Source: Flavobacteriales bacterium (GTDB lineage: Bacteria; Bacteroidota; Bacteroidia; Flavobacteriales_D; UBA2798). Taken from it: a stretch of 64,000 nucleotides of DNA. This document shows, one piece after another, positions 41,766 to 52,742 of the stretch (the first letter of the stretch is position 1; each line of letters begins with the position of its first letter). The translations under genes and the position numbers were made by a program. The DNA lies in assembly GCA_019694795.1 (NCBI GenBank), contig JAIBBF010000001.1, positions 262,265-326,264 of the forward strand. Direction: 5' to 3'. The notes beneath the pieces were generated by a model that saw only the letters and a list, made by a program, of their open reading frames with translations, was not told where the DNA came from and made no database searches.

Positions 41766-43202
41766 ATGGCAGGGAATGCTGAACATATGATGGAGGAAAG
41801 TCGCCAGGGCGAGGCGATGGTATTAGAATCGAGCACATCGAATCCTAATAATGGTAAAAAATTACTTCTGGAAAGCTACGGATGCCAGATGAATTTTTCG
41901 GATTCGGAAATAGTTGCATCTATATTAGTGGGTGCCGGGTTTAGCACTACCCGCGATGCCGACGAAGCCGATGTGGTTTTAATAAATACATGTGCCATTC
42001 GCGATAATGCCGAGCAAAGGGTAAGAAACCGGTTGCAGGAATTCCATAGCAAAAAACGAAATAAGCCCTCGTTGGTAGTTGGCGTTTTAGGCTGTATGGC
42101 GGAACGATTAAAATCGAAATTACTCGAAGAAGAAAAGCTGGTGGACATTGTTGTTGGTCCGGATGCCTACCGGGATCTACCGCAATTAATAGCACAAGTT
42201 GAAGGGGGTCAAAAAGCCGTTAACGTTTTACTTTCCCGGGAAGAAACCTATGCCGATATCAACCCGATTCGATTAGATAGTAATGGTGTATCGGCCTTTG
42301 TTTCTATTATGCGGGGTTGTGATAATATGTGTTCATTTTGTGTAGTACCTTTTACACGAGGAAGAGAGAGAAGCCGCGATCCGGAATCCATTGTTCACGA
42401 AGTGAAATACCTGTTTGACCAGGGCTACCGCGAAGTGACTTTGTTGGGCCAGAATGTAGATTCCTACAAATGGAATATGAACGGGAAAGGAGAAATCCTT
42501 GACGCCTCTAAACCTACTTTAAATTTTGCCGGCTTATTGGCGAAAGTAGCAGAAGTATCACCCCTTTTACGAGTACGCTTTTCTACCTCACATCCAAAGG
42601 ATATGACGGATGAAGTTTTAGAAGTAATGGCTGCATATGAAAACATTTGCAAATACATCCATTTACCGGTTCAATCCGGAAATTCTGAAATTCTAGAAAA
42701 GATGAACCGGGGCTATAGCCGTGAATGGTATCTGGACCGCATAAAAGCTATTCGCCGGTATATGCCGGATTGTGCGATTTCTACCGATATCATAACCGGT
42801 TTCTGCAGCGAAACTGATGAGCAGCATAAAGAAACGATTTCACTGATGGAAGAAGTTAAATATGATTTTGCTTACATGTTTAAATATTCTGAACGTCCGA
42901 AAACCCTTGCGGAAAGAAAATTTGAGGATGATATTCCTGAAGAAATTAAAAATAAGCGTTTGACTGAAGTGATCGAGTTGCAACAACAACACTCCCTGCT
43001 CAGTAATAAAAAAGCTGTAGGAAAAGTTCACCGCGTTCTTGTAGAAGGAGTATCAAAACGTTCGAAGGAACATTTATACGGACGTAATACCCAAAATACA
43101 GTAGTTGTTTTTCCTAAAGAGAATTACAATAAAGGTGAGTATGTAAACGTCTTAGTAGAAGAATGCACCGCAGCAACCTTAATGGGCAAAGCGGTAAAAT
43201 GA
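41766..43202 (+). CDS. miaB: tRNA-2-methylthio-N6-dimethylallyladenosine synthase MiaB
   Basis: 478 aa with the N-terminal UPF0004 cysteine pattern (GCQMN), the radical-SAM CxxxCxxC motif (CDNMCSFC), and a C-terminal TRAM-like domain. Confidence 0.9.
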   Translation: MAGNAEHMMEESRQGEAMVLESSTSNPNNGKKLLLESYGCQMNFSDSEIVASILVGAGFSTTRDADEADVVLINTCAIRDNAEQRVRNRLQEFHSKKRNKPSLVVGVLGCMAERLKSKLLEEEKLVDIVVGPDAYRDLPQLIAQVEGGQKAVNVLLSREETYADINPIRLDSNGVSAFVSIMRGCDNMCSFCVVPFTRGRERSRDPESIVHEVKYLFDQGYREVTLLGQNVDSYKWNMNGKGEILDASKPTLNFAGLLAKVAEVSPLLRVRFSTSHPKDMTDEVLEVMAAYENICKYIHLPVQSGNSEILEKMNRGYSREWYLDRIKAIRRYMPDCAISTDIITGFCSETDEQHKETISLMEEVKYDFAYMFKYSERPKTLAERKFEDDIPEEIKNKRLTEVIELQQQHSLLSNKKAVGKVHRVLVEGVSKRSKEHLYGRNTQNTVVVFPKENYNKGEYVNVLVEECTAATLMGKAVK

Positions 43203-43209
43203 CGGAAGA

Positions 43210-44469
43210 ATGAATTTGCAAAATATTACCAGCATAAAACAACGGTTTGGAATTATAGGTAATTCTCCATTGCTGAATCGTGCCATTGAAGTTGCCTCTC
43301 AGGTTGCTTCTACCGATTTATCCGTTTTGGTAACGGGAGAAAGCGGTACCGGTAAGGAAATAATGCCTCAGATTATTCATAATCTTAGTCCACGAAAACA
43401 CGGTCCGTACATCGCCGTAAACTGCGGAGCCATTCCGGAGGGAACCATTGATTCGGAATTATTTGGTCACGAAAAAGGTGCATTTACAGGTGCTCATGAA
43501 TCGCGGAAAGGGTATTTTGAGGTGGCCAATACGGGTACCATTTTTTTAGATGAAGTAGCAGAACTTCCTTTACAAACACAAGCGCGGTTATTACGCGTTT
43601 TGGAAACCGGAGAATACATTAAAGTTGGTTCTTCGAAGGTGATGAAAACGGATGTCCGCATTATTGCAGCAACCAATGTGAACATACCCGAAGCCATCCG
43701 GAAAGGAAAATTTCGCGAAGATTTATATTATCGTTTAAATACTGTTCCGATTTTTATTCCTTCACTTCGTGAGCGAAAGGATGACATTCAATTATTGTTT
43801 AGAAAATTTGCTTCAGATTTTGCTGAAAAATACCGGATGCCAGCCGTAAAATTAAATGACGAGGCCATGCATTTGTTAAGCAATTACTCCTGGCCGGGAA
43901 ATATTCGTCAATTAAAAAATATAGCGGAACAAATCTCCGTCATTGAAACGGACCGCGAGATAAACGCCGTGCAGTTAAGTCAATATTTACCAAAAGAAAC
44001 AGCAGGATTACCTGCCGTAGTTGGATTAGGTGGAAGTGCGTCTGAAATGAGTGAGCGGGAAATTCTATACAAGATCATTTTCGATATGCGCAGTGAATTG
44101 AATGATTTAAAATCGGTGGTGGTAGATTTAATGCAGGGGCGAAATCCCGAAATGAACTTTAATACCGAAAGTAGTCCACTTGTAAAACGCATATTGAATG
44201 ATGCTGAAAACGGCAACATTGCTGTAGAAGGCACCATCTCCCGTCCTGTAGTTGCCAATCCGATTGTCCATTCGAACATGCCTCATTTTGCAGAAGAGAT
44301 TGAAGAACACGAAGAGGTGGAGGAATCGCTTTCGCTGGAGGAAAGGGAAAAAGATCTGATTAAGAAAGCACTTCAAAAGCATCGCAACAAGCGCAAACAT
44401 GCGGCTGAAGAATTAGGAATTTCTGAGCGGACATTGTATCGAAAAATTAAAGAGTATAATATCAAGTGA
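43210..44469 (+). CDS. Sigma-54-dependent transcriptional activator lacking an N-terminal sensory/receiver domain
   Basis: The AAA+ core starts at about residue 15. It has Walker A GESGTGKE, GAFTGA, Walker B FLDEV and a C-terminal Fis-type HTH (AAEELGISERTLYRKIKEY). Confidence 0.85.
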   Translation: MNLQNITSIKQRFGIIGNSPLLNRAIEVASQVASTDLSVLVTGESGTGKEIMPQIIHNLSPRKHGPYIAVNCGAIPEGTIDSELFGHEKGAFTGAHESRKGYFEVANTGTIFLDEVAELPLQTQARLLRVLETGEYIKVGSSKVMKTDVRIIAATNVNIPEAIRKGKFREDLYYRLNTVPIFIPSLRERKDDIQLLFRKFASDFAEKYRMPAVKLNDEAMHLLSNYSWPGNIRQLKNIAEQISVIETDREINAVQLSQYLPKETAGLPAVVGLGGSASEMSEREILYKIIFDMRSELNDLKSVVVDLMQGRNPEMNFNTESSPLVKRILNDAENGNIAVEGTISRPVVANPIVHSNMPHFAEEIEEHEEVEESLSLEEREKDLIKKALQKHRNKRKHAAEELGISERTLYRKIKEYNIK

Positions 44470-44960
44470 GAATATTTCTTTTCATATTGATAATTGCTTT
44501 AGAAAGCTGTTCGGTAAAATATTCCTTTACCGGAGCGGATATTCCACAGGAAGCAAAAACCGTGAGTGTTGCATTTTTCCAAAACAATGCTGCACTGGCT
44601 GGTCCAAACGTTCCTCAACTTTTTACTGAATCGTTAAAAGATATTTTTATTTCCCAAACCAAACTTAACCTTGTACGCCAAAACGGAGATCTTCAATTTG
44701 AAGGAGCAATTACCGGATATGATGTGCGTCCGATGGCCATTCAGGGAAATGATGCTGCTGCGTTAAACCGTTTAACCATGACGGTCAACGTCCGTTACGT
44801 GAATCAATTTGATTCCAAGAAAAATTTCGAGCAGAATTTTACTCGTTTTGTCGATTTTCCTTCAACCACAGATTTAACCAGCAATGAAGAATCACTGGTA
44901 GGTGAAGTAAACCGACAATTGGTACAAGATATTTTTGACCGTTCATTTGGAAATTGGTAA
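44466..44960 (+). CDS. LptE-like lipoprotein
   Basis: 164 aa with a lipobox (IALESCS). The GTG start overlaps the upstream stop (GTGA). Size and context resemble Bacteroidota LptE-family proteins, but no diagnostic motif was found. Confidence 0.5.
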   Translation: MRIFLFILIIALESCSVKYSFTGADIPQEAKTVSVAFFQNNAALAGPNVPQLFTESLKDIFISQTKLNLVRQNGDLQFEGAITGYDVRPMAIQGNDAAALNRLTMTVNVRYVNQFDSKKNFEQNFTRFVDFPSTTDLTSNEESLVGEVNRQLVQDIFDRSFGNW

Positions 44961-46156
44961 TGAATAAAGATCAGTTCATAGCGATGATTAAAGGGGATGG
45001 CCATCCACAAATTAGCCATTACCCGGCTATTTCCATGCTAAGTCATAAATACCCCTGGAGTCAGGCCATACAAATTGTAAAGACCCGGATATTGCATGAT
45101 GAAAAAAGCACGGAATATCTGGAGCAATTAAAACTTACTTCTGCATTAACATCGGATCGAAAGCAGTTGTATCGTTTTATCATGCAAAAAGCATTGGTTG
45201 AAAAGCTGATTGCGTTGGATGAAGAAATCACAACTGAACTCAATTCGGAAAGTGAAATAAAAGAAATCCCGGAAAATGAAAGGGTGATCAGCACCGTCTC
45301 CTCCGAAGTAGAACCTTTACATTTCAAATTAAGTGATGATATCCTCAAGGAGGAATCTGAGCAACCTGATTTAGAAAACAATGAAAAAATAGGTACAGGT
45401 GACGTCACTCAGAAATCAACTAATAATTTAGTTGTTGTAACTAAAGATATTCTTGAAGAATTAATCGAGCGAAAAATTAATGAGGTTATTGTTCCCGAAA
45501 AGAAAGAAAAGGAACAAGAAATTAGTTCATTACCTGTTCAGGAAGAATTCCATTCAACCGAAGCATCAGAGGAAATAATAATTTCGAATGAGGCTGCAGA
45601 AAAAGAAAATATTGCAGAGCACTACGATGATTTGGAAAAGCAATTTTTATGGGAGGCCGTAAACGCGACCATTCAGGTGGACGTGATGAAAGATTTGGAG
45701 AAGTTACCGGAATTAGAAGTTGAAAATCCCATAGAATCGCCCAAAATTCAAACTTTACGTCCGCAAAAACCAAGCGAAAAACCAAGTGTGGAAGAGTCAT
45801 TTAATTGGGAACAACCTCATTCTTTTTTGAATTGGCTTGTGCCTAAAAAGGAGGATTCCGAAGGCAAAAACAACATCCCGGTTGAAGACCTTGTAGAGCA
45901 ATTTTTGAAAAATGATCCTAAAATTACCCCTCAGAAAGTGGAGTTCTACACCCCCGGAAATGTAGCAAAACTATCGATAGCCGACAACGAAGACTTTGTT
46001 TCTGAGACACTTGCGAGCATTTACGAGAAACAAGGTTATTATGCCAAGGCGATTCGGGTATATGAAAAATTAAGTTTGAAAATTCCAGGAAAATCCGCTT
46101 ACTTTGCGTCCCGCATTAAAGAGCTGGAATCGCTTAAAAACAATAAAACAAAATAA
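44960..46156 (+). CDS. Hypothetical protein with acidic central region and TPR-like C-terminus
   Basis: The ATG at 44960 overlaps the upstream stop (TAATG), although the ORF track starts at the TTG at 44954. The middle is Glu-rich and low-complexity, and the C-terminus reads ASIYEKQGYYAKAIRVYEKL. Confidence 0.5.
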   Translation: MNKDQFIAMIKGDGHPQISHYPAISMLSHKYPWSQAIQIVKTRILHDEKSTEYLEQLKLTSALTSDRKQLYRFIMQKALVEKLIALDEEITTELNSESEIKEIPENERVISTVSSEVEPLHFKLSDDILKEESEQPDLENNEKIGTGDVTQKSTNNLVVVTKDILEELIERKINEVIVPEKKEKEQEISSLPVQEEFHSTEASEEIIISNEAAEKENIAEHYDDLEKQFLWEAVNATIQVDVMKDLEKLPELEVENPIESPKIQTLRPQKPSEKPSVEESFNWEQPHSFLNWLVPKKEDSEGKNNIPVEDLVEQFLKNDPKITPQKVEFYTPGNVAKLSIADNEDFVSETLASIYEKQGYYAKAIRVYEKLSLKIPGKSAYFASRIKELESLKNNKTK

Positions 46157-46158
46157 TA

Positions 46159-46476
46159 ATGGCAACTATTTTTACAATCCTTTTGATTTTGGTATGTGTA
46201 CTAATGGTTTTGATCGTATTGATTCAAAATCCAAAAGGTGGAGGTATTAATTCCGGCTTATCCGGTGCAAGTCAGATGTTAGGTGTAAAACAACAAACTG
46301 ACCTCGTTGAAAAATGGACCTGGTATTTAGCGGTTGGTCTGGTGGTTCTTTGCCTGATCAGCACTCCGATTTTACATGGAAATACTTCCGGTGAAGAGCA
46401 AAAATCGATTGAGACAGAAGTTCCTGTACAAGGTATTCCTCAAGGTGGTATTAACACTGCTCCCGGAGTAAAATAA
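46159..46476 (+). CDS. secG: Preprotein translocase subunit SecG
   Basis: 105 aa with two TM helices flanking LIQNPKGGG, the typical SecG loop. Confidence 0.75.
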   Translation: MATIFTILLILVCVLMVLIVLIQNPKGGGINSGLSGASQMLGVKQQTDLVEKWTWYLAVGLVVLCLISTPILHGNTSGEEQKSIETEVPVQGIPQGGINTAPGVK

Positions 46477-46498
46477 TTCGCCGATTAATGAAATTAAA

Positions 46499-46535
46499 AT
46501 GTCAGTGTGTCGCAAGCACTGACATTTTTGTTTTA
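46499..46535 (+). terminator. Intrinsic terminator after secG
   Basis: Hairpin aatgtcagtg/cactgacatt is followed by a T-run. Confidence 0.75.
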
Positions 46536-46622
46536 TACCACTGACAAATCATCCTTGATCCAATCAATTTTTATGATTGGAATGATTTCTGAGTATTGAT
46601 TGCACTATAAAATCGAATAAAA

Positions 46623-48550
<1,928 letters not shown>

Positions 48551-48571
48551 TCAACTAAATAATTAGTTATA

Positions 48572-48602
48572 AAAAAGGGCGATCTATTGATCGCCCTTTT
48601 TG
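48572..48602 (+). terminator. Intrinsic terminator of groESL (probably bidirectional)
   Basis: Hairpin gggcgatc-tatt-gatcgccc has A6 upstream and T5 downstream. Confidence 0.8.
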
Positions 48603-48782
48603 TTATAACACTTTCATCTCAACGCGGCGATTAAATTCATGCTCCTCTTCGGAACATTTTACACCGTTTTTACATTGATTTAAAACCTTTGTCTCACCAT
48701 AACCTTTGGGTACGAGTCGACCCGCAGCAATTCCGTGTTCAATTAGGTATTTTACGGTGGACTCCGCTCTTACTAATAAAAC
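48603..48782 (-). pseudogene. Remnant of an OmpA-family gene (C-terminal 59 codons only)
   Basis: The minus-strand frame reads VLLVRAESTVKYLIEHGIAAGRLVPKGYGETKVLNQCKNGVKCSEEEHEFNRRVEMKVL*. This matches the end of OmpA-like peptidoglycan-binding domains (RA..V..YL...GI...RL...GYGE......C.....H..NRR.E). An in-frame stop lies directly upstream, and the only in-frame start codons (ATG, GTG) lie 3 to 5 codons before the stop. Confidence 0.6.
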
Positions 48783-48904
48783 TTATCCTTTGTGTCTCAA
48801 ATTTATTACTGAATCTTTGTCAATAATATTTTGTCAAATAAACATTGTAATTTAAAACCAAAAGTAGAAATGATTTATTAAATAATTCTTCTTAATGTCA
48901 ATTG

Positions 48905-50833
48905 TCACTTTTTATGGCGACGTCCACCCTGTTTTCCGGATTTTGCTTTTTGTTCGTTGCGTTTTTTTTCGAGCCAGGCAGGGACCTTTGATTTTGATTC
49001 CTGTTTTTCTCCCAATAAGCGAAAACTTAAATCGGAACGTTTCAATGTTTTTAAACGCTCACGAATCCACTCTCTGTTTTCTTTTTGATACCAAAAGAAA
49101 AAGCGATGCTGATCTCGTTTTTCTTTTTCTGATTTGGGTGTATGTACAGGTTGTAGTGTATATGGATGATAACCGGAATAATAGATCTCTGTTGCAACCG
49201 TCATTGGTGTTGGTGTAAAATCCTGCACCTGCTCCAGATGAAATCCGAGTTCTTTTGTTTCTGCTGCAAGATTTGCCATGTCTTCATCACTGGTGCCGGG
49301 ATGACTGGAAATAAAATAGGGAATGAGTTGTTGTTTCAAATTGAATTTGCGATCAATTTCATCAAAGCGTTTTTTAAATTCTTTAAAATGCTTGAAAGAT
49401 GGTTTTCGCATTATTTTTAATGTCTCGTCCGAAGTATGTTCCGGTGCAACTTTTAATCGACCGGAAACATGTCGCTTCAACACTTGTTCTAAATATTCAT
49501 CAATGGATTCATCTGCATTTTTATTATATGATTTTGTAAGCAAATCATATCGTATTCCGCTTCCCACAAATGCCTTTTTAACTTTAGGATTGGCATCTAC
49601 TTTTTTCAGAATACTTGTCATTGCCGAATGATTCGTATCGAGATTACTGCAAATCACAGGGTGAATGCAGGAAGGACTAACACAGCGATCGCAAATTTCC
49701 TGAACCTTCCCTTTCATTTTGTACATATTGGCAGAAGGTCCGCCCAAGTCGGATATATACCCTTTAAAATCCTGCATACTTACCACCTGTTCCACTTCTT
49801 TTAAAATCGATTCTTCGGAACGGCTGGCGATAAATTTACCCTGATGAGCGGAAATGGTACAAAAGCTACATCCGCCGAAACAACCGCGGTGCATATTGAC
49901 CGAAAATTTGATCATTTCCCAAGCAGGAATTTCTCCTCGCTTTTTGTATTTGGGATGCGGGTAACGGGTATAAGGTAAATCGAATGACTGATCCATTTCC
50001 TTTTCCGTCATGGTTTGAAAAGGCGGATTGATGATCAGAAATTTATTATTGACTTCCTGTATAATTCGTTTGGCGTTTAATTTATTTGATTCCTGTTCTA
50101 CATGTTTAAAATTGGAAGCGTATGTTTTTTTATCCTTCAAACAAGCTTCATGTGAATTCAGATACAAATCTTTCCACGCTTTATTTTTGGGAATACCTTC
50201 ACTTTTATTTTTAAGGTAGGCCGTTTGCTTCACCATGGTGAGTTGGTGAAAAGGAACTCCTTTTAACAATAAATCGACCATCTCACGAAGCGGTTGCTCT
50301 CCCATTCCATATACGAGCAAATCGGCACTGCTACTTTCCAAAATCGTTGGAAATAATTTATCTGCCCAATAATCATAATGCGTTACTCTTCTTAATGAAG
50401 CCTCAATTCCGCCGATAACAATCGGGCTATCCGGATAAATTTCTTTTAAGATTTTAGAGTAGACATTCACAGCGTAATCCGGACGAAAACCGGCTTGTCC
50501 GCCCGGTGTATATGCATCGGTAGAGCGCTTTCTTCGATTCGCGGTATAATGGTTCACCATGGAATCCATACAACCGGAAGTAACGCCAAAAAACAATTTT
50601 GGTTTTCCGAATTTTTTAAAATCGCGCAGATCATCTTTCCAGTTTGGCTGCGCTACAATTCCAACCCTCAATCCGCAATCTTCCAGTATCCGGCCAATTA
50701 CGGCAGTACCAAAGGCAGGATGATCCACATATGCATCACCGGAAATGAGCACAACATCCAATTCATCCCAACCTCGTTGTTGAGCTTCTTTTACAGTAGT
50801 GGGTAACCAGGCGGTAATTGGCAGATCTTGCAT
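48905..50833 (-). CDS. ygiQ: YgiQ-family radical SAM protein (UPF0313)
   Basis: 642 aa. The N-terminus reads LPTTVKEAQQRGWDELDVVLISGDAYVDHPAFG, and a radical-SAM-type cysteine cluster is present (CFGGCSFC). The C-terminal tail is basic. Confidence 0.85.
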   Translation of the reverse strand: MQDLPITAWLPTTVKEAQQRGWDELDVVLISGDAYVDHPAFGTAVIGRILEDCGLRVGIVAQPNWKDDLRDFKKFGKPKLFFGVTSGCMDSMVNHYTANRRKRSTDAYTPGGQAGFRPDYAVNVYSKILKEIYPDSPIVIGGIEASLRRVTHYDYWADKLFPTILESSSADLLVYGMGEQPLREMVDLLLKGVPFHQLTMVKQTAYLKNKSEGIPKNKAWKDLYLNSHEACLKDKKTYASNFKHVEQESNKLNAKRIIQEVNNKFLIINPPFQTMTEKEMDQSFDLPYTRYPHPKYKKRGEIPAWEMIKFSVNMHRGCFGGCSFCTISAHQGKFIASRSEESILKEVEQVVSMQDFKGYISDLGGPSANMYKMKGKVQEICDRCVSPSCIHPVICSNLDTNHSAMTSILKKVDANPKVKKAFVGSGIRYDLLTKSYNKNADESIDEYLEQVLKRHVSGRLKVAPEHTSDETLKIMRKPSFKHFKEFKKRFDEIDRKFNLKQQLIPYFISSHPGTSDEDMANLAAETKELGFHLEQVQDFTPTPMTVATEIYYSGYHPYTLQPVHTPKSEKEKRDQHRFFFWYQKENREWIRERLKTLKRSDLSFRLLGEKQESKSKVPAWLEKKRNEQKAKSGKQGGRRHKK

Positions 50834-50923
50834 ATTGCAAAACTAGGGAAAAGTAAAATAGAATTTAGCCTTAAATAATCGTTCAATTACTCATCAAATT
50901 GTATTTTTATAAAAAATCTGGAT

Positions 50924-51133
50924 ATGAGTGGAAAACAAAAATTATTTATTGCTCTCGGCTTTTTATTGGTTTTAATAATAGGCCTGATGGTTTGGATCAA
51001 GCAACCTGCTCCTGTTACCCAAAAAGATCTAGATAAAGCAGAAGAAGTTGCCAGTGATGATGATTTAATGGATGCCATCGAAACTGGTACTAGTGGCGAC
51101 AGTTTACACGTTGCAGACAGTATTTCCCACTGA
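50924..51133 (+). CDS. Small hypothetical membrane-anchored acidic protein
   Basis: 69-aa ORF with one N-terminal TM helix and an acidic tail. It has no homology signal, so coding status is uncertain. Confidence 0.35.
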   Translation: MSGKQKLFIALGFLLVLIIGLMVWIKQPAPVTQKDLDKAEEVASDDDLMDAIETGTSGDSLHVADSISH

Positions 51134-51931
51134 TTATTTTAATTTTTGCAGGAGTTTCTCGCATTCTTTGCGGGTCTTTTCATCATCTTTCGATTTAACC
51201 GGATATTCCATTACTTTATCTGCGAACTTTTTCGCATTGGCTTTTTGACCCATTTCGTAATAGGTCAATGCCAATTCATAAACATGCATCGAAAGCTTGG
51301 GTTCCAGTTTAATTGCCTTTGAAAACATATCTAATGCGTCTGCATAAGTTCCTCCTTTGGGTGTTCCACCGTAAAGTGTGTTAATCATAGTCCGTTCAAA
51401 TCCGTTTAATCCGGCGAAAGTCCGGTGCCATCTTCCCATAATGTGGAAGGCCGTTGCATTGTTTGGATCAATCTTAAATACCTGATCACATTCGGTCTTT
51501 ATTTCTTTTGCGTTCGAAATTTTGGTTTTAGTAGATGCATTTTCATTTTCCCTTGCAAGCGCCACTGCATAAGCAAGATGGGAATCGGCATAATTCGTAT
51601 TTAATTTAATGGCCAGTTTACCCAATCGCTTGGCTTCGGAATAATATTTTTTTTGTGTTTCACCAACCGACATTAATGCTCCTGCACGGCTATACGACAA
51701 ACTCATTCCGCAAATTATTTCCACGTTGAGTGAATCCTTCGCGTATAGCGTTTTATATGCAGAAAGAGCTTCTTCATGTTTACGCTCATCCTGAAGCTTT
51801 TTAGCCTGTTCTAAATTCATTTGAGCGCTGGATTGGGTAGATAATCCCAAAACAAACAATAAATAAACCAATGCTTTCATAACCATTTTTTTGAAAGGAA
51901 ATTTTTCAGTTAAACCCATAATCAACAACAA
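51134..51931 (-). CDS. Secreted TPR-repeat protein
   Basis: TPR-like helical repeats occur throughout. The likely true start is the Met at 51886 or 51880, just before the signal peptide (MKALVYLLFVLGLSTQSSAQ). Confidence 0.6.
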   Translation of the reverse strand: MLLIMGLTEKFPFKKMVMKALVYLLFVLGLSTQSSAQMNLEQAKKLQDERKHEEALSAYKTLYAKDSLNVEIICGMSLSYSRAGALMSVGETQKKYYSEAKRLGKLAIKLNTNYADSHLAYAVALARENENASTKTKISNAKEIKTECDQVFKIDPNNATAFHIMGRWHRTFAGLNGFERTMINTLYGGTPKGGTYADALDMFSKAIKLEPKLSMHVYELALTYYEMGQKANAKKFADKVMEYPVKSKDDEKTRKECEKLLQKLK

Positions 51932-52009
51932 AGTTCTTAAAACCGCATTTTAAATATTACTTTGATTCAAATGATTGTCCTTCAATTTACGAAAATGAAC
52001 TGAAAATAA

Positions 52010-52017
52010 TAACTTTG
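52010..52017 (+). promoter_or_regulatory. Candidate -7 box (TAACTTTG) for tRNA-Arg
   Basis: Matches TAnnTTTG and ends 10 nt before the tRNA 5' end. Confidence 0.4.
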
Positions 52018-52027
52018 TCAACCATTT

Positions 52028-52102
52028 GGCTCCGTAGTTTAATGGATAGAACGAGAGTTTCCGGAACTCTTGGTAGGGGTTCGATTCCCTTCGGGGCTAC
52101 CA
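52028..52102 (+). tRNA. tRNA-Arg (anticodon CCG), CCA encoded
   Basis: Acceptor GGCTCCG/CGGGGCT (two G:U pairs), anticodon stem-loop AGAGT-TTCCGGA-ACTCT, T arm AGGGG-TTCGATT-CCCTT, and a 3' ACCA. Confidence 0.88.
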
Positions 52103-52110
52103 TGAAGTAG

Positions 52111-52146
52111 AAAGGCTATGAGGATCCTCATAGCCTTTTTTATTTT
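52111..52146 (+). terminator. Intrinsic terminator after tRNA-Arg
   Basis: Perfect palindrome aaaggctatgagga/tcctcatagccttt is followed by a T-run. Confidence 0.8.
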
Positions 52147-52274
52147 TCCGGCCTTTCACTTCATGGTAGACCTCTTTAGACCGTCGTCTAAAGTTCAATT
52201 TGTATTAAGATGGGAATTGATTCTGTGTTTTATGAGGGATAGGTCCAGAATTTTTGCGAAATGTGGAGATCGTA

Positions 52275-52608
52275 CCCCTGAAGCAGATCCTCCTTCGTCA
52301 GATCGCTACAGGGCTATGAGGAGAAAAAATTCAGTTCTTACGTTTATTATTCTTCCCTGAAGCAGATCCTCCTTCGTCAGATCGCTACAGGGTGATGAAG
52401 CGAAAAAGTCCAAGGGTTACCTTGTAAAGGATGAAGATTGTTCCCCTGAAGCAGATGCTCATTCTTCGCATCGCTACAGGGTGATGAAGGGAAAAATTCA
52501 GTTCTTACGTTTATTATTCTTCCCTGAAGCAGATCCTCCTTCGTCGGATCGCTACAGGGCAATGAAGCGAAAAAGTCCAAGGGTTACCTTGGACTTTTTC
52601 TGCTTCAT
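52275..52608. repeat. Array of four 38-39 nt imperfect hairpin elements (R1-R4) with alternating A/B tails, equivalent to a roughly 167-bp unit x2
   Basis: R copies lie at 52275-52313, 52355-52392, 52443-52481 and 52522-52559, with consensus ccctgaagcagatcctccttcgtcagatcgctacaggg. The tails alternate: A (..aaaaattcagttcttacgtttattattctt) and B (..gaagcgaaaaagtccaagggttacctt..). The last B tail forms a long hairpin abutting tRNA-Met. Confidence 0.85.
52561..52608 (-). terminator. Long hairpin immediately 3' of tRNA-Met (bidirectional terminator-like)
   Basis: aatgaagc-g-aaaaagtccaagg-gtta-ccttggacttttt-c-t-gcttcatt has about 21 paired positions, with T5 following the core stem on either strand. 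Confidence 0.6.
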
Positions 52609-52683
<75 letters not shown>

Positions 52684-52698
52684 TCGTTTTTGAGAGTG

Positions 52699-52706
52699 CA
52701 AATATA
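52699..52706 (-). promoter_or_regulatory. Candidate -7 box (TATATTTG on minus strand) for tRNA-Met
   Basis: Matches TAnnTTTG and ends 15 nt upstream of the tRNA 5' end. Confidence 0.4.
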
Positions 52707-52719
52707 GTAATTAGTTTAA

Positions 52720-52727
52720 TACCTTTG
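52720..52727 (+). promoter_or_regulatory. Candidate -7 box (TACCTTTG) for era
   Basis: Matches TAnnTTTG, 15 nt upstream of the era ATG and divergent from the tRNA-Met promoter. Confidence 0.4.
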
Positions 52728-52742
52728 TAAAAATACTTTGAA

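Noticed and set aside
46578-46593. Sigma-54-like box upstream of groES (TGGAATGATTTCTGAG).
   Set aside because: Only the GG dinucleotide and the spacing fit. Both the -24 (GGAAT) and -12 (CTGA) halves deviate from consensus. It is mentioned only as context for the dnaK site.
52275-52313. The R element as a degenerate copy of the tRNA-Arg 3' end, that is, stacked att sites left by integrative elements.
   Set aside because: By-eye similarity is limited to gat(t)cc..cttcg and gctac with a 4-7 nt indel. No integrase or foreign gene cargo lies between the copies. The similarity is too weak to claim without a statistical alignment.
52275-52608. Possible CRISPR array: 38-39 nt palindromic repeats separated by 41-50 nt segments.
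   Set aside because: The 'spacers' are themselves repeated (A, B, A', B'), so this is a roughly 167-bp tandem duplication and not unique spacers. There are only four repeats, no leader or cas genes are present in the window, and the repeats diverge internally.
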